This document shows positions 45,563 through 56,500 of a DNA stretch of 64,000 nucleotides, piece by piece (the stretch's first letter is position 1; each line of letters opens with the position of its first letter). The stretch covers positions 352,001 through 416,000 of the forward strand of contig CM000432.1 in NCBI GenBank assembly GCA_000165345.1, written 5' to 3'. A model generated the notes under the pieces. The model was given only the letters and a program-made list of their open reading frames with translations. It ran no database searches and was not told where the DNA came from. Made by a program: the position numbers and the translations under genes.

Positions 45563-48500
45563 ATGATTACTTCCGAGGGTAATCACAATAATTCAATTAA
45601 TTCAGAATCCCTACAAAATGGGAACCTTAACCAAACAGATTCAGTAATGCAAGGTTTCCCCACAAATTCAAACATAAATTCTGAAGGTATCTCTAATCTG
45701 GGAGAGGGGCTTGACACTTCAAACACTGGAGAAAGTCTTAATAAAAAGCCTAGAATGGATGAGCAAATTGGGATAGGTTTGAGCAATGAAATAACCTCTA
45801 ATTGTTCAAATTTCGATCAGAATAATAACTCACAATATACATCAGCAATAGAAACATCTGCATCAGTAGTGCCAGGATCTATAGAATCTACAAATCAACA
45901 AAATATAAGTACTGTAGATGCCTCTTCATCTTTGGCAGTTTCTTCAAATTCCGGAGTTGATTCAACACAGACTCAAGAAGCTCCCCCAGAGCCTCCCAAG
46001 AAGAGAGGAAGAGGACGTCCAAGAATTAATAGAGAAGCTTTGGCAGCAGCAGCTGCTGCTGCTGCTGCAAATAATGCAGCAAGCAGCACTATCCAAAATA
46101 ATAATATTATTCAGAGAGAACCAAGTACAAGGAGAAAAGGAGCTGGTCTCGGAAGTTTGATAGCAGCGGAGGTAAACTCCAGAAGATCTTTTGCAGATGA
46201 CGATGATGATGATGATGAAGATTTTGAAGATGGAGATTTACGTGCAGATGGTGAGAACACTGATAATGATGATGGTGAAGAGTTACCTCAAAGATTTGTA
46301 TTAACTCCAATTGTTGAGAAGTTTCTTAAAAGACGTCCTCAAATGAAGCATAAAGAGAAGGAAGGCGCTGAGCACGATAAAGCAAAAAACGCACATTCAA
46401 CTGGAGATACAGTAGTAGCTGGAGGTGCTGAAGAGAGAGATTCAGCCTCACCATCAATCAAAAGAAGAGTATTACACACCAATACAAGCCAGAGGCGCAT
46501 TCCAAGAGGAAAGATTCCCTATGAATACCTTGTAAAATATCATCATCAGAGCTATTCTCAATGCAAATGGATAAGTGAGGACGATATAGATAACGATCCT
46601 GATCCAAAAGTCAGAATAAAATATCTCAGGTATATACAGAGACTAGAACAAAGAGGTGTTGAGGGGATAGATGCTACCGCATATATTGAAGATGTCCCAG
46701 AATTGCAATATATTGATGGAGATATTGAGAGAATTGTTGATTGTACAGACGTTTTCAGATCATTATATCCAATGAAAGCAGCAGAGATTGGTAGAAATGA
46801 ATGGTACATCTATTGTCTAAAGATTATTGACGCTTTGGTATGCTTTGATAGGAAAGGGGTAAAGTATGGTATTCCATTTTTGCGTCCTGTAGACCCGAAT
46901 ATGGATGGGGCTTCTGATTATTATTCAGTGATTTCTCGTCCGATGGATTTTACTACAGTACAGACAAAGCTTTATTTACGTATATATTCTCAACCTCAAG
47001 AATTTTGGAGTGATGTTCAACAGATCTTTACGAATTGCTTCCATTATAACTCTGTAGATAGTGATATCTATGTTCAGGGGAAGTTACTAAAAGCTCTTTT
47101 TGATAAGTTATATGGAGAATGGGCTTTACTCTCCAGACAAACTCAGGAGGATCTGGTTAAACAGAAGAGTGAAGAATCTCCAAAAGAATGGCTTGATGAT
47201 CAGACAGTTACTATAGAAACTGCAATCCAACATGTAACATTCAGAGATTTACTTGCCTTACCTAAGAGACCAATTATGTACTTTGCAAAATGGAAACATC
47301 TTTCATTTGCTGATAATACTTGGGAACACGAGGTCGATATTACAGATAGTAGTAAGATTCTCCAGTTCCATCGTTTCGTTAGAGTTCCAGAATATATCAC
47401 AACAGCTCATAATGGGCCAGCAGCCATAGCTTATGACCTTTATAAGCGAATGATTTCTGAAACTTATACCTATATTAGACATACATTTTCATGGATGAAT
47501 AACCAATTTGGAATGAAACTAATAGCTCCTCAGGCACCAGCCTATATTACTCCAAATAGTGGAGGCGGAAATAACCAAGATTCTGATGATTCTGATGATG
47601 ATAATCATGTTCCATATGCTACAAAGAAGAAATCTAAGAATAGATATTCTATTAGAACATATGTACCAACAACATTCTCCAATCTCCCACAGTTAACTAG
47701 TGCAATTTCTATTTATGGCCATCACCATAGTAACCACCAACCTCAACAAAATAGAAGTAATTATGGACAAAGACAGCAAAATTATGGAGGCCATCAGAAT
47801 CTACAAAGGCAATTTCCAAGCCAGAATTTGGGTAATTCCTCATCTTCCTCAAATATGGCTCAAATAAACAAGATTATTGATAGCAGCATTTTGGACGAAA
47901 TTAAAGTTAGCTCTGATGGAACCATGAACAAGAATGCCATAGCTGCAACTCAAAAACTATTACAGATGATCACAACAAACAATTCAAATGCAGCTAATGC
48001 CTTGAGTATGGCAATGAATAACCCAGCAGTTGCTGGACTTGTTGGAAAACTTCTACAGAATATAAATCAAAATAACTCGCAAACCCAAGCTAAGAGCGAG
48101 CCGGAAAACGCTCAATCATTATCTACCTCTACTACTGGATGTTCTTCTTCAGCACAAGTTTTACCAAATAACTCTTCCAACACTATGGTTGATAAACTTT
48201 CTGTTTCAAATAGCATTACAAATAATACATGCAGCATAAATAATAACATTGTTCATTCTGGAATAACCTCTGAATCCTCTACATGTTTCAATAATGGCAA
48301 TATGGTTATTGCACCAAACCAAGGAGAAGCTTCAGGCCAACACATAGACTCTGGAAACTATAACACCGAAAGTAACATGCCAATGCAATCTTTCTCAAAC
48401 CACGATCACAAACATGAGCAGTGGGGTGGCTCAAATATTAGGGATAATAATAGTAATAACAATTCAGTAATCAATAGTGATATCTCTACAAATCTATGCA

Positions 48501-51500
48501 AGAATCCAAACCCTGGATTTATGGAGTCTAACTCTCAAATGAAGATAGACAATTTTGACTATAAAATTTCGATTGATCAAATGGGTAACAACACTTCTAA
48601 TAACAATCAAAGTAATCATACAAATTACGTGTCAAATGTGATGGGTGGTAACCACACACACCAAGAAAGTTTGGCGCCAGATTGCGTGGAGGAGAATATA
48701 AATAGAGGAGAAGCATATATAATAAGAGATGATAGCTTAGTAGGAAATCCAGGCGCTGATAATTCGGGAGTTGGGATAAGTAGAGAAGGAATTTTAAGCT
48801 TTGGACAAGGTGGTGCAATCGATCAGGGGGAAGACATGATTATAAACCAGAAGGAGAATTATAATATGGTGTCGAGTACAATGACTGACCATCACGATGG
48901 AAATGGTTGTGACAGTATGACAAAGACAATTAATGATACAGATTTGTTTTTCAATGTGAATACGGATAATCCAGATGTAATTAAGTGTATGCCTCCAACT
49001 GATGACTCAAATGTTCCATTATGCGATGGAGAAGTTAAGCTTAGCAATGAGAGTTTGGAGTTGATGGTTTTCAAAAATATTGAGATACCCTCCAGTATGG
49101 AGCTTTATGATAAACTAGAGTTAGAGGAATTCTGTGGGATAGTGTCTCTGGAGAATGACTATCAATCTGATGGGAACGAAGAAATTCTCTCATATAGAAT
49201 TCTGGATAATGTACAAGACTTTTGCGATGGTATGGTTTATAAGGAAGATACTGGGAATGTAACAAAAGTCGATGATACTAATGCTTTAATTCAAGCAAAA
49301 GCTGAAGGAGTCTCTGTGGTGGGAGATATGTCTTCAAGTGTCGATCAAGCACAAGTTAAGATTGATGAAAATGAAAAAGATTTGAAAAACGTATCAGAGC
49401 TCAAAGATGAAACAAATGGTGAGAATATTGTAACTGAAAATACAAACCATCCAATGGGTCTTGCTAGTTTGCTTGCAAATAATAAGATTGCAGAACTTTA
49501 CTGCAACCAGAAACGCCCTCCCCCGCCTCCTCCAGGAGTTTCCCGACATTATCCAGTCTCCCCAATTTTCAAAAATGGATACCAACTTTTTGATTACCAA
49601 TTAGCAGGTCTAAACTGGCTTCTACAACTTTGGTCAGAAGGAAGAAATGGTATATTGGCAGACGAAATGGGTTTGGGAAAGACAATGCAAACAATGTCAT
49701 TCGTTTGGCATTTAGTTTACAAGGAGAAACTTAGGGGTCCTTTTCTGGTTGTTGCTCCACTTTCTACTCTAGATCACTGGAAACGAACTTTTGAAGATTG
49801 GACTGATCTAAATGTGGTTTCATATTATGATGAGGGTGGTAGAAATGGACGAGATTTGCTTCGTCATTATGAGTTTTACCATCAATGCCTTCAATTTGAT
49901 ATGAGAGGAAGGGGAAGAAGTAGTAGCTATAATAGTTTTGGTGGGAATATTAAACATTATGGCTATTCTAACGAACCTCGTCTAGTTCAGACTCAACATT
50001 ATAAGTTCCATGTTTTACTTACTTCATATGAAATTCTCCTTGCAGACGCTGATATTTTATGCACAATGCCCTGGCAGTTTGTAATTATAGACGAAGCTCA
50101 CAGACTAAAAAATAGAGGCGCCAAAACTCTACAAGTCTTTAAGAGTATTGCATGCAGACATATTCTTTTACTTTCCGGAACTCCTGTCCAAAATAACACA
50201 GAGGAGCTTTGGCCTCTACTTAATTATATTGAGCCTATTAAATTCGCAAGTATTGAGGCCTTTACTCAAGAATTTGGAGAACTTCAAACAAGTGGTCAGG
50301 TCTCTGCTCTACACGAACTTTTACGCCCACATCTACTCAGAAGAGTCAAAGAAGACGTTATGAAGGAAATTCCTCCTTTAGAGGAGACAATTATTGATGT
50401 TGAACTTACTACTGCTCAGAAAGCTTATTATAGAGCTATCTTCGAGAGAAACCGTGCTTTCTTGTGCAAAAATGTGGGATTAGGCGGGAAAAGGTCAGGA
50501 AGCAATGCACCAATACCCTCTTTAATGAATGTTGAAGTAGAGTTGAGGAAATGTTGTAATCATCCTTTCCAGGTTGTTGGAGTAGAAGAGAGAGAAGTTG
50601 CTTTATGTAAGACTTCAGAAGAAAGGTATAAGAAAATGATAGAATTGAGTGGAAAGATGGTATTAATGGGTAAACTTTTACCAAAGCTTAAAGCAGAAGG
50701 ACATAGAGTGCTAATATTTAGTCAATTTATTCAAACTTTGACTTTATTAGAGGAGTTAGTGGAACATCATGGATGGGGATATGAAAGACTTGATGGTAGT
50801 ATTCGTGGTACTGACAGGAATGCAGCAATTACAAGATTTAATGCAGAAGACTCTGACAAATTTGTATTTTTACTTTCAACTAGAGCTGGAGGTTTAGGAA
50901 TCAATTTAACATCTGCCGACACTGTAATTATTTTTGATTCTGATTGGAACCCACAAAATGATGTTCAAGCCTGTGCTAGAGCGCATAGAATTGGACAAAC
51001 AAGAGATGTTAAAGTTTATAGATTGATAACAGCAAGAACATATGAAGCTGAAATGTTCGAAAGAGCTGGTAGGAAATTAGGACTGAATACTGCAGTGTTT
51101 CATAAAGGAGCATTTAGAGAGGAGAATAATTCTAATACTGTCAATGGTATTGGTACAAGTGGTGAGCCAACAAAACAAGAAATTGAAGATTTGCTTAAAC
51201 ATGGAGCTTATTATCTATTAGAAGGTAGTGAGGCTTCAAGGCAATTCCAAGAAAGTGATATAGATGAGATTTTGAGTAAAAATTCTCGTCTTGTTAGATA
51301 TCAATTAAGTGGAAAGAATTCTTCATTTAGTAAAACAAGCTTTAGAAGTGATAATGCACTTCCTGATTTGGATGTTAATGACCCAGATTTTTGGAAGAAA
51401 GTATTAGGAGATAGCAGTGTTTCATCATTCCTAGTCCAGCTACAAAGTGGAAGTGCTATTAGGGATGATGAAAGTAGGGAAAAGTTTATTCAGGATCTTG

Positions 51501-52375
51501 CTGATGCAGTTGATGGTGCAGCAGCTTTAGATAGTTTGGATCCACTAATTGAAGCTTTGGTCCAAGTTACAAATATGAGAGAGTTTTCTGAGCTACAGCG
51601 TCAAAAGGCTGAAGATTTACTTGCTAATGTTCAGGATATTGTTAAGACTTTGCAGCCAAATAATGAGAATATTGATGAAAATGATGAAGATAACTTGGAG
51701 ACTGATGGTAGAAGTAAGTCCCGTAAAAAATCAAGAAGAGCTACCAGAGCTAAAGAGTTTACAATTGATAACTATGTTCTTGATGAATATATTGATGGGG
51801 AAATGGAAGATTCTATGAATGGTCCAGGAAACCACGTCGATGGAAGAGGTAGGAAATCGAAAGGAAAGAAAGGTGGAGGAAGAAAAAGCAATGCTTCAGC
51901 TTCAGGAAAGTTTAATAATTATGATATTTCTGATGAAGACGATGATGATTTAAATGATGAATCGTTTGAACCTGTTAAACCAACAAAATCTAGAGAGAGA
52001 AAAGGTACTGGGAGAGGGGGAAGAGCTAATTCATCTAAAACTTCTTCAAATAATGCAACAGGAGGTAATAATAGTAGTGGCGAACAAGATGGTAATCAAA
52101 ATTTTGCAGAAACATCAGTAGACGGAACGAATACTCTGTCAAATGGAGCAAGACAATCAAAGAAGAGAAAGTCAACGAACTCTAATAATCTAAATACTGG
52201 AGATGATATACTGGAAGAGAAGGAACAAACTTCCAATAATTCTCCTGCTAATAATACTGTAGCAAAACGAAGAAATAGAAGAGATTCTGCTGCTGCTATG
52301 CTTGCATTACTTACTGCAAAAATTGCAAAAGATGAAGATGAAGATGAAGATGAAGCTGATGAGGATGAATTATAA
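45563..52375 (+). CDS. SNF2-family chromatin-remodeling ATPase with AT-hook, bromodomain and helicase domains (2270 aa)
   Basis: AT-hook KKRGRGRPRI. Bromodomain ...YYSVISRPMDFTTVQTKL...EFWSDVQQIFTNCFHYN. SNF2_N LFDYQLAGLNWLLQLW..GILADEMGLGKTMQT and DEAHRLKN. Helicase_C ...STRAGGLGINLTSADTVIIFDSDWNPQNDVQACARAHRIGQ. Confidence 0.9.
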   Translation: MITSEGNHNNSINSESLQNGNLNQTDSVMQGFPTNSNINSEGISNLGEGLDTSNTGESLNKKPRMDEQIGIGLSNEITSNCSNFDQNNNSQYTSAIETSASVVPGSIESTNQQNISTVDASSSLAVSSNSGVDSTQTQEAPPEPPKKRGRGRPRINREALAAAAAAAAANNAASSTIQNNNIIQREPSTRRKGAGLGSLIAAEVNSRRSFADDDDDDDEDFEDGDLRADGENTDNDDGEELPQRFVLTPIVEKFLKRRPQMKHKEKEGAEHDKAKNAHSTGDTVVAGGAEERDSASPSIKRRVLHTNTSQRRIPRGKIPYEYLVKYHHQSYSQCKWISEDDIDNDPDPKVRIKYLRYIQRLEQRGVEGIDATAYIEDVPELQYIDGDIERIVDCTDVFRSLYPMKAAEIGRNEWYIYCLKIIDALVCFDRKGVKYGIPFLRPVDPNMDGASDYYSVISRPMDFTTVQTKLYLRIYSQPQEFWSDVQQIFTNCFHYNSVDSDIYVQGKLLKALFDKLYGEWALLSRQTQEDLVKQKSEESPKEWLDDQTVTIETAIQHVTFRDLLALPKRPIMYFAKWKHLSFADNTWEHEVDITDSSKILQFHRFVRVPEYITTAHNGPAAIAYDLYKRMISETYTYIRHTFSWMNNQFGMKLIAPQAPAYITPNSGGGNNQDSDDSDDDNHVPYATKKKSKNRYSIRTYVPTTFSNLPQLTSAISIYGHHHSNHQPQQNRSNYGQRQQNYGGHQNLQRQFPSQNLGNSSSSSNMAQINKIIDSSILDEIKVSSDGTMNKNAIAATQKLLQMITTNNSNAANALSMAMNNPAVAGLVGKLLQNINQNNSQTQAKSEPENAQSLSTSTTGCSSSAQVLPNNSSNTMVDKLSVSNSITNNTCSINNNIVHSGITSESSTCFNNGNMVIAPNQGEASGQHIDSGNYNTESNMPMQSFSNHDHKHEQWGGSNIRDNNSNNNSVINSDISTNLCKNPNPGFMESNSQMKIDNFDYKISIDQMGNNTSNNNQSNHTNYVSNVMGGNHTHQESLAPDCVEENINRGEAYIIRDDSLVGNPGADNSGVGISREGILSFGQGGAIDQGEDMIINQKENYNMVSSTMTDHHDGNGCDSMTKTINDTDLFFNVNTDNPDVIKCMPPTDDSNVPLCDGEVKLSNESLELMVFKNIEIPSSMELYDKLELEEFCGIVSLENDYQSDGNEEILSYRILDNVQDFCDGMVYKEDTGNVTKVDDTNALIQAKAEGVSVVGDMSSSVDQAQVKIDENEKDLKNVSELKDETNGENIVTENTNHPMGLASLLANNKIAELYCNQKRPPPPPPGVSRHYPVSPIFKNGYQLFDYQLAGLNWLLQLWSEGRNGILADEMGLGKTMQTMSFVWHLVYKEKLRGPFLVVAPLSTLDHWKRTFEDWTDLNVVSYYDEGGRNGRDLLRHYEFYHQCLQFDMRGRGRSSSYNSFGGNIKHYGYSNEPRLVQTQHYKFHVLLTSYEILLADADILCTMPWQFVIIDEAHRLKNRGAKTLQVFKSIACRHILLLSGTPVQNNTEELWPLLNYIEPIKFASIEAFTQEFGELQTSGQVSALHELLRPHLLRRVKEDVMKEIPPLEETIIDVELTTAQKAYYRAIFERNRAFLCKNVGLGGKRSGSNAPIPSLMNVEVELRKCCNHPFQVVGVEEREVALCKTSEERYKKMIELSGKMVLMGKLLPKLKAEGHRVLIFSQFIQTLTLLEELVEHHGWGYERLDGSIRGTDRNAAITRFNAEDSDKFVFLLSTRAGGLGINLTSADTVIIFDSDWNPQNDVQACARAHRIGQTRDVKVYRLITARTYEAEMFERAGRKLGLNTAVFHKGAFREENNSNTVNGIGTSGEPTKQEIEDLLKHGAYYLLEGSEASRQFQESDIDEILSKNSRLVRYQLSGKNSSFSKTSFRSDNALPDLDVNDPDFWKKVLGDSSVSSFLVQLQSGSAIRDDESREKFIQDLADAVDGAAALDSLDPLIEALVQVTNMREFSELQRQKAEDLLANVQDIVKTLQPNNENIDENDEDNLETDGRSKSRKKSRRATRAKEFTIDNYVLDEYIDGEMEDSMNGPGNHVDGRGRKSKGKKGGGRKSNASASGKFNNYDISDEDDDDLNDESFEPVKPTKSRERKGTGRGGRANSSKTSSNNATGGNNSSGEQDGNQNFAETSVDGTNTLSNGARQSKKRKSTNSNNLNTGDDILEEKEQTSNNSPANNTVAKRRNRRDSAAAMLALLTAKIAKDEDEDEDEADEDEL

Positions 52376-53100
52376 ATGAGAAAATAAAATGTTATTGAAG
52401 CTTAATTTCTTTTTTTTTTTTTTGTCGTAACTTCTTTAACCAACATAAATGTTACGAATAATAGGAAGAGTAATAAGTTATCATATAATATCAACTTGAA
52501 GTTATTATACTTTGAAGAGATATAGTGAGATTAAGATACATACATAGAAAAATAGAGTGTGAAAGGCTGAAACGAGAACATGTATTAGGAGAAAAGGCTA
52601 AACTTGATATTTATTTTATCAAATAATATATTTCACCAGTTAATAATTTTTGATAAACTTTAAATAGAAGAAAGGATTTAATTATGTTAATGAAGAGACT
52701 TATTCTATTATGATAACTTATAAATTAGATCTAAAGGTTACGACAAGTTAACCAAATAAAATAAATTATATTAACTAATATTTATGTTCGTTAATATAAA
52801 ATAATAATGGTGAGATTGAATGCTTAAACCTTTAAATTCATTTGCAATCAAATTATTTAAAAAGTTTTAATAAAAGTGTAATTAAGTTTAATTTGGCATT
52901 AAGCCAAACCATTATAAATTTAGAAATACAATTCGAACTACTTTACAGTTTCTTTTTTAAGATAAATTAATTAATTATTAATAATTTCATACATATTTAA
53001 AATAAATAATCTTTTTTGTTTCTTTATTTATTAGAATTTTTTTCTTTTTACTATCTTTTATTACAAATCACAATTTGAATAATAGAAAAATTAATGAAAA

Positions 53101-53137
53101 TGACGTCAGTTTTTTACCCGCCACACGTGTGGCGGGT
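53101..53137. promoter_or_regulatory. CRE palindrome TGACGTCA plus a 22-bp perfect palindrome ACCCGCCACACGTGTGGCGGGT (CACGTG core)
   Basis: Two perfect palindromes within 37 bp, about 460 bp upstream of the 53598 gene. Confidence 0.5.
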
Positions 53138-53597
53138 CATAAGTAACAGATTGAATTGAAAATACATGTATAATGTGGGGAAAAAATAAGAAAGAAAAAT
53201 AACATATTTTGTAATAAGGAAAAGAAAGAAAAAATAAGGTAATAAGGGAATATAATTGCGAAGATAAATGTGTATTAATAGATGATAAGTTTGTTATTTG
53301 CAGAGATTAAATAATAAAGAGAAAATAATTTGAGCAGTAATTTAGTGAAGATTAATTGAAAGGACTGAAGATAAATAAGGTTTATTAACCTTTTATTTTT
53401 CTTCCCTTATTCTCTTTCATCTTACGAAATAAAGGTGACAATTTTTTTTTTGATTAATAAAGTGGAATAAAGTATATTAAACGTGAAAACGTATTAAGTA
53501 AAAAATAAGGGATTAAACGACTAATATATAATCAGAAACTTCCAATAATTAAACAAAAAACAGAAAATTAAAAAATTTTTAATAAATAATTAATGAA

Positions 53598-56500
53598 ATG
53601 GAACAAGAAAATACAAAAACTTTGAATACAATCAATAGCACGCCAATTAGAAATGGTAATTTGTCATCAAAGGATGTGAACTTGGAAACACCAAATAAAA
53701 GTTCATCAAGAAGTATTGGCAGTGCAGGTGGAAGTTCATCAGTTAGACGTAGTAGTAGATTATTGAAAAAAAATGATGAAAAATCCGGAGGAACTGGACC
53801 TTTAACTCCTCAACTGGGTGCACCAGGAGGAACACCATATCTGTTGAGATCAAAATCAAGAGAAACATTATCATCAACAGAAGCAAATTTAAGGAAGAAT
53901 GCAATGACCATGCCACCATTGAATTTGAAATCAACCAATGATTTGGAAGGAAGTAGTGAGTTCTATCAGACCAATGTAGAAACAAATAATGAAAATAGTA
54001 ATAAGGTTGGAGATGTATATAATATATATTCGACTCCAAGAAAGAGAGTTAGAGGTACTGAAAATGGCTTCAATAGTAGTAACAATAATAATAATATCAA
54101 TACTGGATTAGATTTGGATAGAGATCCAGGCTCTGAAAGCCAGATAAGAAGCTCATCAAGAAGAAAAGGAAATATAAAGAATACGCCTGTGAGCAAAAGT
54201 AGAAGAGTAATTGATGAAGACTCTGCTGTTAAAGATAGGAAGAGTATATTAAAACAGTACGATCCTGATGGTATTAATACATCAACTATGAATATAAAGA
54301 CCCCTAAATCTCAGAAGAAGGTTCAGTTTGGTACAAAAAATTTGATAATAATAGACGAAAATAAACAAGATTTGAATATTGATAAATTGATTACAGAGAG
54401 TGATAATGATGAAAATGGTAATATTCAAGACAAAAGATTTGCGGATGATCTGACAGTTGATAGAATGAGTATATTAAGTGAGCTTGATGATGCTGGTACT
54501 GGTCAGATATATAATTTCCCATCATTGGAGGAATTGATAAATACAAAAAAGACTGAAAATACTTCAACACAAAAAGTTTATAACAATGATATTGTTGATA
54601 GTGAAATTTCTAATCGATTTGCAACTGTTAATAATATTCATAATTATCATCATCGTGAAAATAACCAAGATAATAAAGCAACCAATCCAAGTGATTTATT
54701 CATCCAAAATGAAAATTCTGGAAAAGATAAATCTATAACTGATCAAGATGGAATTATTGATTGCAATGATCAGAAAAATCTTGATAGTGAGTATATTAAA
54801 ACAAATCGTAATCAAGTTCAAGATGAAAATAATATAGAGAAGAATATTGAATTGACTGATCAGATTAATATATCTGATTATTCAATAAATTGTAGAGATT
54901 CAATAGCTCCAAATTTGCCTGGAGCATTTTTATCAGTAGTTATGCAAAATTTATCTTCTGTAAATTTTCCAGAAGAAAAAAAACCAGAATCAGATGAAGA
55001 TATTAAAATTCCTAAATTAGAATTTAATGATGATAACATTGAAGATACTATAAATAAGAAGAATGATTTAGATCAAGATGTTAGTCTTAAAGAACAGAAA
55101 CCTGATCAAGAACCAACTATGGAAAATCAATCAGTATTTGAAGACAATGAAATTTATATTGAGGCTAAGAAACAGATAAATAAGGAAGACGAAATTATAT
55201 TAGAAGAGAATAAAGAAGATATTCAAAATCAACAAGAACAGGTACAATTTGAATTTGAAAGTGAAAATGTAGAGAATCAAATTCAAGAACAATTGATCAG
55301 AGAAGAAAATAAAGAATTTACTACAGTAGAAATAGTTACAGAAAAAGAATCGATTAATGAGAAAAATCATATTGAAGAGAGTTTGTGTCATCAAAATGAT
55401 AATTTTGAGACCCAACAAATAGTTTTAACAGAAACTTTAACAATCTTGAAAGATAATAACAATAGACTGTCAAATATTTTAATTACTCCAAAAAGAAATA
55501 ATATTAGCAGCATTGGATACATTAATAAGTTATCCCCATCATCTGAAACACTTTTAAAATCATTGAATAATACAAAATCTATTTTGAATATTACACCACA
55601 AGGTTATACATGGGAGGAATTTCAATCAATTTTGAATTTGAATTATACAATGGAAAATTATTTTGGTATTTTGGAATTTGATGAAATTGAAAACAATCAT
55701 CAAATCAAGGATAAATATATTGAAGAAGAAAGTATGGATAGTAAGTTATTATTAGTACATATACAAAATATTTTAAAAGATGATGGAAATTCTGAGAAAA
55801 TTCAAGAAATAGTGGCTAAGTACTCATCTGAAATTATTAATTCAATAAAACATCAAATTTGGGATGAAATAGAAAAGAATATATTAATTAAAGAGTTTAA
55901 TGGTGAAAGTCATGAAAGATATAGTGAAAATCTATCAAAATTCTCAACTAGTGAAATAGCAACATTAATGGCAATTATTGTGAATAAAAGTAGATATGGA
56001 AATAAAAATGATGAAAAAATAAAGAATGAGTTATTTGAGAGAATATCTGGATACTTTTTTGGAGAAGGTAGAAATATTTTTCTTAAAAAAGCTATAATAG
56101 ATTGGAAAGAAAAAGTAATTTTTCCATTAAAGAATTCAATAATTAATAAATTTGAAGAAATGATCAAGATATTTATGTTAAAAAATGAACAAATTATGAA
56201 TAATAAGAATAGAATTCAGAATTCAAAAGTATTATTATCAACTTTAGAATCTTGTAAGATTTCTGAGATGCATGTATATGAAACTTATTGGAATGCAATG
56301 AGAATTGTACATGAAAATATTGTTAATTATAAAGAGGAAATTGAAAGAGTTAAGAATTATTTAAATATGATGGATAAGAAAAAGAGAAATATTTCAAGAT
56401 TATTATTAAAAGAAGAAGAATTGTATAATAGTTTAATAATGGAATTAAATGATTGGAAAGTAAAAAAAGATAGTTTAAGAAATAATTTAAATGATTTACG

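Noticed and set aside
50101-50113. GGCGCCAAAACTC inside the SNF2 coding region, resembling the promoter E2F motif.
   Set aside because: It lies within a conserved helicase-domain codon context (NRGAKT). It is most likely coincidental coding sequence.
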